From Acidimicrobiales bacterium (GTDB lineage: Bacteria; Actinomycetota; Acidimicrobiia; Acidimicrobiales; CADCSY01): a stretch of 55,920 bases of DNA. The translations under genes and the position numbers were made by a program. The notes beneath the pieces are model-generated. The model ran no database searches and was not told where the DNA came from. It saw only the letters and a list, made by a program, of their open reading frames with translations. Below, piece by piece: positions 19,033 to 26,771 of the stretch (position 1 is its first letter; every line of letters starts with the position of its first letter). The stretch spans positions 1-55,920 of the forward strand of contig JBOGHU010000127.1 in the NCBI GenBank assembly GCA_050742255.1. The letters run 5' to 3'.

Positions 19033-20433
19033 CTACCGGAGAGGGCCGAACTGGCCCTCGGTGGGCTCCGCTCAACAGAACCACGGCTCGGTGAGCCGGG
19101 GCCTCCCCTCCACCGAGCCGGCGCCGACGGACCCCGGCCCGGCACCGAGGCCGACCGCCTCCCGCACCGCCCGGCTCACCGTCAGGTAGGTGGCGCCGGG
19201 TGGCTCGCCCGACGCCACCCCCGTCTCGACCAGGGTGGCCAGGCGGGCCTGGAGCTCGTCGACCCTGGGGTCGGCCGCCGACCACGTGTACGTGAGCCGC
19301 TCGGGGTCGTAGGGCCCGAGGTGGGGCCGCAGGTCGGCCCGGTCGAGCAGCAGCGAGCCCTCGGGCAGGAGCAGTCGGATGGTGTACTGCACGGGGTCGA
19401 CGTTGCCGACCAGGTCGTGGGCGGCCACGAAGTCGACCAGCTCCACCAGGTCGTCGAGGGTGGTCCAGGGCGTGAACGGCAGGAACGACGGCCGCACCTC
19501 GACCCCGTGCTCCCGCAGCAGCGCCGCCGCCCGGGCGGCGTCGGCCCGGGTGTGGCCCTTGTCCAGGCGGGCGAGGATCTCGTCGTTGACGCTCTCGAAG
19601 GCGGAGACCACGAACAGGCAGCCCAGCTCGGCCAGCTCGGCCCAGATCCCCTCGTGGCGGAGGATCAGCTCGACCTTGGTGGTGCAGTCGAAGGTCAGCT
19701 GGGGGAACCGCTGGTGGACGGCCCGGACCACCCGCAGGGAGTGGTGGACCCCGTTGAGGAAATCGGGGTCGCCGAAGGTGATGTGGCGGGCGCCGGCGCC
19801 GACCTGCTGGGCCACGTCGGCCACCACCACGTCCTCGCCGACGATGCGCAGGCGCCCGTCGTAGACGACCGGCACCGGGCAGTGGCGGCAGCGGTGGGCG
19901 CAGCCGTGGCTGGCCTCGGCGTAGCCCACCACCCGCTCCTCGCCGTGGAGGGCCAGGTGGGCGTAGCGCTCGAGGGGGGGGAGCAGGTCCCGGGCGGGGA
20001 CCTCGAAGTGGTTGCGGCCCAGATGGACGACCTGGGCGTCGGGGGCGGCGGTGGCGCCGGCGGGCTCGGTGGCCAGCCCGTCGACCCACTCGACCAGGGC
20101 CGGCTCGTACTCGCCGGCGATGACCCGGTCGGCCAGGGCGCCCACGGTGAGGTCCCGGCTGACCGGGGCGTAGAGGCCGTAGAGGCAGATCGGCAGGCCC
20201 GGGCGGTCCCGGCGCACGGCGGCTGCGGCCCGCAGGGCCAGGCGCATGGCGGTGTGCATGGGCACCGAGAAGGCCACCGCCCCCGCCCCCGAGACCAGCT
20301 CGGGGTCCCAGGGCTGCACCGCGAGGTCGAGGCAGGCCACGTCGTGGCCCCGGGCCCGCAGCGCCGCCGCCGGCGACGCCACGTGGAGGGGCTGGTGGCC
20401 CAGCTCGTAGGTGGAGACGAGCAGCACCCGCAC
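19033..20433 (-). CDS. B12-binding-domain/radical SAM selenoprotein with C-terminal CUAEP tail (TGA 19074..19072 read as Sec)
   Basis: GTG 20433. CAHRCRHC (CxxxCxxC) cluster motif. The ORF track stops at ...RLTEPWFC-TGA, but the next in-frame codons are GCG GAG CCC ... giving C-U-A-E-P-TEGQFGPLR, then TAG at 19035..19033. Confidence 0.8.
19041..19059 (-). promoter_or_regulatory. SECIS-like stem-loop
   Basis: Minus-strand GAGGGCC-AGUUC-GGCCCUC: perfect 7-bp stem, 5-nt loop with G at position 2. It starts 12 nt after the UGA. Confidence 0.55.
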
Positions 20434-20492
20434 GTCTTCGAGGCTACCGGAGGCCAGACCGCGACTGGTCGGCGGGTGGCGCAGCTGCGACC

Positions 20493-20840
20493 ATGGCGTC
20501 CGTGACGACGACGGCCTCCCCGCCTGCGGCCACGGCCGCGCCGCGCCGCTCCGACGTGCACCGCGCCTTCAGCGTCTCGATCCTCGTGTCGGCGGTCCGC
20601 TGCCTGCTCACCTACGTGGTCCTGCCGTTCGCCGCGCCCGCCGTCGGCGTCGCCACGGGGGTGGGGCCGTGGATCGGGATCCCCCTCAGCGGTGTGGCGG
20701 TGGCCGCCAACGTCGTGAGCATCCGACGCTTCTGGTTGGTCGGGCACCGCTGGCGGTGGGCCTACACGGCCGTGGGCTGCGGCGTCATCGCCCTGCTGGT
20801 CGTGCTCGTCGTCGGCGACGTCGCCGACCTGGTGAGGTGA
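20493..20840 (+). CDS. small hypothetical membrane protein
   Basis: ATG 20493. Three hydrophobic segments. Stop overlaps the next start (GTGA). Confidence 0.5.
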   Translation: MASVTTTASPPAATAAPRRSDVHRAFSVSILVSAVRCLLTYVVLPFAAPAVGVATGVGPWIGIPLSGVAVAANVVSIRRFWLVGHRWRWAYTAVGCGVIALLVVLVVGDVADLVR

Positions 20841-21424
20841 GCACGGTGGCGGCGACGCCGTCGGGCGACGAGCCGCTGCGGCCGTCCCCCGCCCGCTGGG
20901 CGTGGCTGGCGCTGGGCTGGACCGCCGTGGGGCTCGGCGGCCTGGGCGTCGTCGTCCCGGGCCTGCCCACCACCGGGTTCTTCGTGCTGGCGGCGTCCTG
21001 CTTCGCCCGGTCGAGCCCGCGCTTCGAGCGCTGGGTGCTCTCGCTGCCCACCATCGGCCCGCTGGTGGCAGACCACAGGGCCGGGTTGGGAATGCCCCGC
21101 CGGGCCAAGGTCACCGCCATCGCCATGATGGTCACCGCCGTCGCCGCCAGCGCCGGGCTCGCCCTCACCTCGGGGGCGGCCCGGCTCTCGGTGGTGGCGG
21201 CCGGCGCCGTCGGCGTCTGGTTCGTGGGGTGGCGGATCCCGACCCGCGAGCGCGTCGTCGCCGGGCTCACCGGTCCGGATCGACGACCACCACCTCCAGG
21301 CGGGCGTGGGCATCCCGCAGCGCCCCCTCCACCTCCTCGGGCGTCTCGCCCCGGGCGAAGAGGAAGCCCAGGTACCGGTCGCCCTCGGGCAGGGCCCGCA
21401 CCAGGCGGCCCCGGGTTATGGTGA
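20837..21424 (+). CDS. DUF454 (YbaN-like) inner membrane protein with a P/G/R-rich tail
   Basis: GLGGLGVVVPGLPTTGFFVLAASCFARSSPRFERW is the typical DUF454 N-terminus. The last 50-odd residues are antisense to the ATP-grasp gene 3' end. Confidence 0.65.
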   Translation: MSTVAATPSGDEPLRPSPARWAWLALGWTAVGLGGLGVVVPGLPTTGFFVLAASCFARSSPRFERWVLSLPTIGPLVADHRAGLGMPRRAKVTAIAMMVTAVAASAGLALTSGAARLSVVAAGAVGVWFVGWRIPTRERVVAGLTGPDRRPPPPGGRGHPAAPPPPPRASRPGRRGSPGTGRPRAGPAPGGPGLW

Positions 21425-22496
21425 TCTCCGCCCCGACCACGCCGGGGACGGCCCGGGCGGCGTCGACGCCCCGCACGTCCTCCAGGACCCCGGTGGCGGG
21501 GATGGGTATCATCATGACGCCCGAGGCGGCCGGCTCCCGCGCCAGCCCGTCGAGGGGCAGCCCGAGGGCGTGGCGGAGGATCAGCTCCTCCAGGGAGACG
21601 CCGGCCCCGAAGCGCAGCGCCCGCGAGCACAGGCCACCGATGGAGCGGGCGGCCAGCTCCAGCACCACCGCCTCGGACCCGGCCAGGCGAACCTCGGCGT
21701 GCACCGGCCCCTCGACCACGCCCAGCGCCGCCGCCGCCGCGGCGGCGGCCGCCACCACCGCGGCCTGGGCCTCCGGCGCCAGCCGGGACGGGGTGACGTA
21801 GATGGTCTCCTCGAAGTAGGGGCCCTCGAGCGGGTCGGGCTTGTCGAAGAGGGCCAGCACCTCCAGCCGGCCCCGTCCCAGCAAGCCCTCGACCGCCACC
21901 TCCACCCCGGGGACGTAGGCCTCCACCAGCAGGGAGGCGTCCCTCCCCTCGCCGGCGTCGGCGAGGATGGCCCGCACCCGGTCGCCCGCCGCCACCGCCC
22001 CTGCTGGGTCGTCGGCGCGGATCACCCCCCGGCTGCCCGACAGCGACACCGGCTTCACCACGCAGGGAAGGCCGACCTCGGTGGCCAGCCGGCCCAGGTC
22101 GGCGCCCGGCCCCGCCACCCGGAACGCGGGCTGGGCCACGCCCGCAGCGGCCAGGCGGGCCCGCATGGAGGCCTTGTCCCGGGTGGCGGCCACGGCGTCG
22201 GGAGGGTTGTGGGCCCACCCCAGGCGGGCGGCCACCAGCGCCGCCACGACCACACCCTGGTCGTCGACGGCCACCACCGCGTCGAGCGGGTGACGCCGGG
22301 CCCGCTCCACGACGGCGTCGGCAGCCTCCTCGGGGCGGTCGAGGGGGACGGTGAGCGCCCGGTCGCCCATGGAGCCAGCCAGGGCCTGGGCCTCCTCCGA
22401 GCCGATCACCACCTCGACCCCCAGGGCCGAGGCGGCCCGGAGGAAGTCGCCCGCCCGGTAGGTGGCGGTGGGCAGGAGCAGCAGCACCCGGGGCAC
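21267..22496 (-). CDS. ATP-grasp domain enzyme (carboxylate-amine ligase-like)
   Basis: GTG 22496. Pre-ATP-grasp plus ATP-grasp pattern (DKASMRARLAAAGV, PCVVKPVSLSGSRGV, LLVEAYVPGVEVAVEG, HAEVRL). Confidence 0.85.
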   Translation of the reverse strand: MPRVLLLLPTATYRAGDFLRAASALGVEVVIGSEEAQALAGSMGDRALTVPLDRPEEAADAVVERARRHPLDAVVAVDDQGVVVAALVAARLGWAHNPPDAVAATRDKASMRARLAAAGVAQPAFRVAGPGADLGRLATEVGLPCVVKPVSLSGSRGVIRADDPAGAVAAGDRVRAILADAGEGRDASLLVEAYVPGVEVAVEGLLGRGRLEVLALFDKPDPLEGPYFEETIYVTPSRLAPEAQAAVVAAAAAAAAALGVVEGPVHAEVRLAGSEAVVLELAARSIGGLCSRALRFGAGVSLEELILRHALGLPLDGLAREPAASGVMMIPIPATGVLEDVRGVDAARAVPGVVGAEITITRGRLVRALPEGDRYLGFLFARGETPEEVEGALRDAHARLEVVVVDPDR

Positions 22497-22513
22497 TCCC
22501 CTATGATGGGGGC

Positions 22514-23185
22514 ATGAGCGAGGTCCAGGGCGGACAGGAAGATCGACAGGGCCAGCAGTCCATCGTCACCATCACCGACAAGGCCCGCAGGAAGGTGCTG
22601 GCGCTGCGGGCGGGCGAGCCCAATGCCGAGCGGCTGGCCCTGTGGCTCGAGGTGGGAGGCGTCGCCGGGGACAGCTACACCTACGACATGTACTTCGAGA
22701 CCCTCGACAAGGCCGGTGACCACGACGCGGTGCAGCACCACGACGACCTGGACCTGGTCATCCCCGCCGGGAGCGTCGACAACGTCCGGGGCGCCACCCT
22801 CGACGTGTCCCGGGACCTGCTCAACCCGGGCATGGCCCTAACCAACCCCAACCGGCCGGCACCACCGGCCAGCCCGCCCATCGCCCGCCGACCGCCCTCC
22901 GAGCTCGGCGGCGACGTGGCCCAGCGGGTGCTGGCCGTCCTCGACCAGCAGGTGAACCCCAGCATCGCCACCCACGGTGGCCAGGCGGAGCTGGTGGCGG
23001 TCGAGGACGACGTCGCCTACCTGCGCCTCAGCGGCGGCTGCCAGGGCTGCGGCATGGCGACGGTCACCCTGAGCCAGGGGATCGAGGTGGCGGTCACCGA
23101 GGCCGTGCCCGAGATCTCCCGGGTGGTCGACGTCACCGACCACGCCTCCGGCACCAACCCCTACTACGAGGCAGCCAAGAAGTAG
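22514..23185 (+). CDS. Nfu/NifU-type Fe-S cluster assembly protein (HesB/IscA-like N-domain plus Nfu C-domain)
   Basis: C-terminal NPSIATHGGQAELVAVEDDVAYLRLSGGCQGCGMATVTL with a CxxC motif. Confidence 0.85.
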   Translation: MSEVQGGQEDRQGQQSIVTITDKARRKVLALRAGEPNAERLALWLEVGGVAGDSYTYDMYFETLDKAGDHDAVQHHDDLDLVIPAGSVDNVRGATLDVSRDLLNPGMALTNPNRPAPPASPPIARRPPSELGGDVAQRVLAVLDQQVNPSIATHGGQAELVAVEDDVAYLRLSGGCQGCGMATVTLSQGIEVAVTEAVPEISRVVDVTDHASGTNPYYEAAKK

Positions 23186-23907
23186 TGGCGGGCCAGGACT
23201 GGGCTTCCCTGGCCGCCCGGCTCTCGGCTGCCCTGCGGCCCACCGCGCCGCCCGTCGCCATGACCTTCTCGGCCCGTCCCCCCTCGGGCGTGGACCCCTT
23301 CGACGACCCCATGCCCCCGCCGCTGCCCGACGGCCGCACCGGAAGGGTCCCCGCCGGCTGCGTGTTCTGGATGCGGGGTGTCGAGCGCACCTTCAGCACG
23401 GTCCCCGCCGACCACGGCAACTGCAGCGTGGGCAGCCTCACCCACGGGCTGGCCACCCTCGACCAGGTCGCGGGGAACGACGACGTGGCCGCCCTCCTCG
23501 CCAGCGGCTGGGTGAGCGCCGACGACATCCCCCAGATCCCGGTGGTCGCCGAGGGGCCCGGCGCCGTCACCTACGGGCCGCTGGCGGAGACGCCGGTCGA
23601 CCCCGACGTGGTGCTGGTCCGCCTCACCCCCCGGTCGCTCATGGTGCTCTCCGACGCCCTCCCGGGGCTGTCGGTGGAGGGCAAGCCCCAGTGCCACATC
23701 GTGGCCGTGGCCAAGGAGCGGGGCGAGGTGGCGGCCAGCGTGGGCTGCATGCTGAGCCGGGTCCGCACCGGCATGCCCAACACCGAGGTGACCTGCGCCA
23801 TCCCCGCCGACCGGCTGGGCGAGGTCATCGACGCCGTGAGCCGTACCGCCGAGGTCGACGCCACGGTGGCCGCCTACGCCGCCGAGGACTCCCGCCGCTT
23901 CCGGTGA
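23185..23907 (+). CDS. DUF169 domain protein
   Basis: GTG 23185 overlaps the TAG stop by 1 nt. DUF169-like pattern (PAGCVFW..., NCSVGSLTHG..., CHIVA...). Assignment from recall. Confidence 0.7.
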   Translation: MAGQDWASLAARLSAALRPTAPPVAMTFSARPPSGVDPFDDPMPPPLPDGRTGRVPAGCVFWMRGVERTFSTVPADHGNCSVGSLTHGLATLDQVAGNDDVAALLASGWVSADDIPQIPVVAEGPGAVTYGPLAETPVDPDVVLVRLTPRSLMVLSDALPGLSVEGKPQCHIVAVAKERGEVAASVGCMLSRVRTGMPNTEVTCAIPADRLGEVIDAVSRTAEVDATVAAYAAEDSRRFR

Positions 23908-23938
23908 GGCCGTCGCCCCCCGGGCTCAGCCCGCCGGC

Positions 23939-24011
23939 GCCGACCGGGTGACCACCTCGTAGGACCACAGCTCGCTCGACATCGCCACCGGCGCCTGGCC
24001 CGACGGGTGGG
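23939..24011. repeat. left copy of the 73-bp direct repeat (displaced 3' end of the ABM monooxygenase gene; attL-like)
   Basis: Aligns to 45932..46004 at a constant offset of 21993 nt. 69 of 73 positions are identical by manual alignment. On the minus strand it encodes ...HPSGQAPVAMSSELWSYEVVTRSA, versus ...HPSGQAPVAMSSELWSYQVVTRSA in the intact gene. Confidence 0.85.
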
Positions 24012-24352
24012 ACCGAGGCACGGAGAGGCCCCCAAGGGCAGCCAGTGCCGTGACCAGAAACACCTCGCACGGTTTCTCGCTGGCATTGCCACGTCTCCCA
24101 GGCCCATGGCCAGCACCTTTGGCTCGGCAGTCTCCAGTAGGAGAACCGAGAAACGATGCGAGGTGCTCGCAGGCACGGCACCAGATCGACCGGCGCGACG
24201 GAAAACCGTCCTCGGGAACGAGGGACGGCGTGAGCATGACCGGCGATCCTCCCCCGGGACATGACCACAAGGGTCAGCTCTGGGGGAACGAACTGGAGCT
24301 GGGAGCATTCCGTTGCCAATCACCGAGAGAGCCACGAGCTGCTTGGTCGGGG
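24009..24352 (+). repeat. copy 1 of a roughly 205-nt structured leader-like element (interrupted by a 142-nt insertion)
   Basis: Homologous to 32358..32560. Conserved hairpins at 24206..24228 and 24275..24301, each with GGGAACGA in the loop. Lies upstream of the DegT operon. Confidence 0.6.
24041..24182. mobile_element. MITE-like insertion / long imperfect palindrome
   Basis: Present in copy 1 but absent from copy 2 of the leader element. The 37-nt arms 24044..24080 and 24146..24182 are inverted repeats, 27 of 37 matching. Confidence 0.4.
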
Positions 24353-24504
24353 TCATGGCGGCGCTCCTGTGGAGATCCGACTCGCCCAGGGAAGGCTCGT
24401 GGTTCCTCCCCGGACCGCTCGCCACGGGGCCGCCGCTTCCGCTCGGCGGCACCTTCGACCAGCTCCGCCGGCACTGCCTTGGCGCAGGGGAGGGGTGAGC
24501 AGGC

Positions 24505-25734
24505 TTGGCTGTCGAGCTCGACATGGGGCAGCTCCCGTCCGACCAGGCGCGATCCGGACGGACGTTCGGGACCGACGAGATGCGCCTGCTCGAGGAGGTG
24601 CTCGAGAGCGGGGTCCTGACCGCTACCAAGGGCACCAAGGTCCCTCTGCTCGCCGCCTCGTTCGCCGGCCTCCTCGGAGCCCGGTTCGCCTTCGCCTGCT
24701 CATCGGGCACAGCCGCCATCCATGCCGCCGTGGCCGCCGTGGACCCGGAGCCGGGCGAGGAGATCATCACGACACCCATCACCGACATGGGCGCCCTGAC
24801 GCCGATCCTCTACCAGGGCGCCATCCCGGTGTTCGCCGATGTGGACCCGAGGACCGGCAACCTTACGGCCGAGACCATCGCCCAACGCGTCAGCGAACGC
24901 ACCCGGGCCATCGTCGTCACCCACCTGTTCGGGAACCCGTGTGAGATGGGCGACATCATGGCCCTCGCCTCGAGCCTCGGCGTGCCGGTGATCGAGGACT
25001 GCGCCCAGGCGTACCTGGCGACTAGCGCCGGCCGGACCGTGGGCACTATCGGGGCCATCGGTTGCTTCAGCCTGCAGCAGGGCAAGCACATCACCTGTGG
25101 CGAGGGAGGCCTGGTCGTCACCGACGACGAGGCCCTCGCCCGCCGGGTCCGTCTGTTCATCGACAAGGGCTGGGGCTACGGCGAGTCGAACCACGACCAC
25201 GAGTTCCTCGCGCCGAACCACCGGATGTCGGAGCTCCAGGGGGCGGTGGCGCTCGCCCAGCTGGCGAGGCTGGAGGACTCCGTTCGACAGCGGGTGGCGA
25301 TGGCGTCGCGCCTGAGCACAGCGCTGACCGGCCTACCCGGCGTGGAGACCCCCTGGGTGCACCCGGACAACCACCACGTCTACTGGCGTTACGTGTTGCG
25401 GGCCGATCCCGGTGTGGTGCCCGACGGCCCTGCTGGCGTCGCCCGGGAGCTGGCCGCCTTCGATGTCGCCTCGATCCCCCGCTACATCCAGAAGCCGGCG
25501 TTCCGGTGCGCGGTCTTCGCTGAGCAGCGCACCTTCGGGCGCAGCCGGTACCCCTTCACGCTGGCCCGCCCCGATGCGGTCGACTACTCGGACGAGCGGT
25601 TCCCGGGGACGGACACCGCCCTCGCCTGGATGCTCGTCCTCCCCTGGAACGAGCGCTACCAGGCCCACCACGTGGACTACCTCGCCACCGCCATCGCCCG
25701 AGCCGTGTTCCAACTCACCGGAGGCGCACCGTGA
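24505..25734 (+). CDS. DegT/DnrJ/EryC1/StrS-family sugar aminotransferase
   Basis: TTG 24505 after GGGGAGGGG (ATG 24523 is an alternative). SGTAAIHAA, VIEDCAQA, SLQQGKHITCGEGG (PLP-lysine context). Confidence 0.9.
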   Translation: MAVELDMGQLPSDQARSGRTFGTDEMRLLEEVLESGVLTATKGTKVPLLAASFAGLLGARFAFACSSGTAAIHAAVAAVDPEPGEEIITTPITDMGALTPILYQGAIPVFADVDPRTGNLTAETIAQRVSERTRAIVVTHLFGNPCEMGDIMALASSLGVPVIEDCAQAYLATSAGRTVGTIGAIGCFSLQQGKHITCGEGGLVVTDDEALARRVRLFIDKGWGYGESNHDHEFLAPNHRMSELQGAVALAQLARLEDSVRQRVAMASRLSTALTGLPGVETPWVHPDNHHVYWRYVLRADPGVVPDGPAGVARELAAFDVASIPRYIQKPAFRCAVFAEQRTFGRSRYPFTLARPDAVDYSDERFPGTDTALAWMLVLPWNERYQAHHVDYLATAIARAVFQLTGGAP

Positions 25735-26771
25735 AGGAGCCCGTCAGGATCGGCCTCATCGGGGTGGGGGGCATCGCCCAGTCGTACCTCCAGGTCTTCC
25801 GCAACCTGGAGAAGGAGGCCCGCCTCGTCGCCGTCGCCGACGTCCGTGGCGGACAGGCCGACGCCGCTGCCAAGGCCATGGGGTGCCGCGGCTACGACTC
25901 CCATTCCGCCCTCGTGGAAGGTGAGGACGTCGAGGCGGTCCTCATCTGCACGCCGCCTGCGACGCACCCCGAGATCGCCGCCCACTTCCTCGAGCGCGGC
26001 ATCTCCGTGCTGTCGGAGAAGCCGCTCGCCACCGACGTCGGGAGCGCCGAGATGCTCCTCAAGACCGCCGAGAGCAACGGGGTGATCCTGACGATGTCCT
26101 CGAAGTACCGCTACGTCGACGAGGTCGTCAGAGCCAAGAGCATCCTCGCGTCGGGGATCCTCGGCGAGATCATCCTCCTCGAGAACGTCTTCGCCACCCG
26201 CGTCGAGATGTCCCGGCGCTGGAACTCCGATCCGCGCATCAGCGGTGGCGGCGTCCTCGTCGACAACGGCACGCACTCCGTCGACCTCATCCGCTACCTC
26301 CTCGGCCCGATCGCGGAGGTGGCGGCGGTGGAGGGCAAGCGCGTGCAGGGCCTCGCCGTCGAGGACACGGTTCAGCTGTTCGTCAAGACCGCGGATGGCG
26401 TGAGGGGCACCGTGGACCTGTCGTGGAGCATCGACAAGCAGCGCGACCCCTACATCGACATCTACGGGTCGAACGGCACCGTCAGCGTCGGCTGGAAGGT
26501 ATCGAGGTTCCGCCAGGCGGCCAGCCCCGACTGGGTCGTGTTCGGCGGCGCCTACGACAAGATCGGGTGCCTCGGCGCCCAGCTCCAGAACTTCTGCCGG
26601 GCTGTGCGGAACGAGGAGCAGCTCCTCATCACCGCCGAGGACGCCATCGCCTCGATCGAGGTCATCCAGAAGGCCTACGCGTCACTCGCTCGCCCTCGCT
26701 GGGTCCGGGTCGAAGGCGCACACCGCGATGGTGGGCGTGGAGGAGTCCACGCTCGGGCGCGGTCGGCCTGA
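25731..26771 (+). CDS. Gfo/Idh/MocA-family sugar oxidoreductase
   Basis: GTGA overlap with the upstream gene. N-terminal Rossmann fold (IGLIGVGGIAQSY), EKPLA motif. Confidence 0.88.
   Translation: MKEPVRIGLIGVGGIAQSYLQVFRNLEKEARLVAVADVRGGQADAAAKAMGCRGYDSHSALVEGEDVEAVLICTPPATHPEIAAHFLERGISVLSEKPLATDVGSAEMLLKTAESNGVILTMSSKYRYVDEVVRAKSILASGILGEIILLENVFATRVEMSRRWNSDPRISGGGVLVDNGTHSVDLIRYLLGPIAEVAAVEGKRVQGLAVEDTVQLFVKTADGVRGTVDLSWSIDKQRDPYIDIYGSNGTVSVGWKVSRFRQAASPDWVVFGGAYDKIGCLGAQLQNFCRAVRNEEQLLITAEDAIASIEVIQKAYASLARPRWVRVEGAHRDGGRGGVHARARSA

Noticed and set aside
23926-24270. 114-aa minus-strand ORF ending in HPSGQAPVAMSSELWSYEVVTRSAPAG.
   Set aside because: It is a chimera. Only the last roughly 25 codons are protein-like, being the displaced ABM gene end. 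The rest runs through the non-coding leader element and the MITE-like insertion.
24009-24352. The leader-like repeat as a known riboswitch (cobalamin, glycine, SAM or c-di-AMP types were considered).
   Set aside because: I could not find the defining conserved cores, such as a B12 box or the glycine GGAGAG...CACCG architecture. I keep it as an unclassified element rather than assigning a family.
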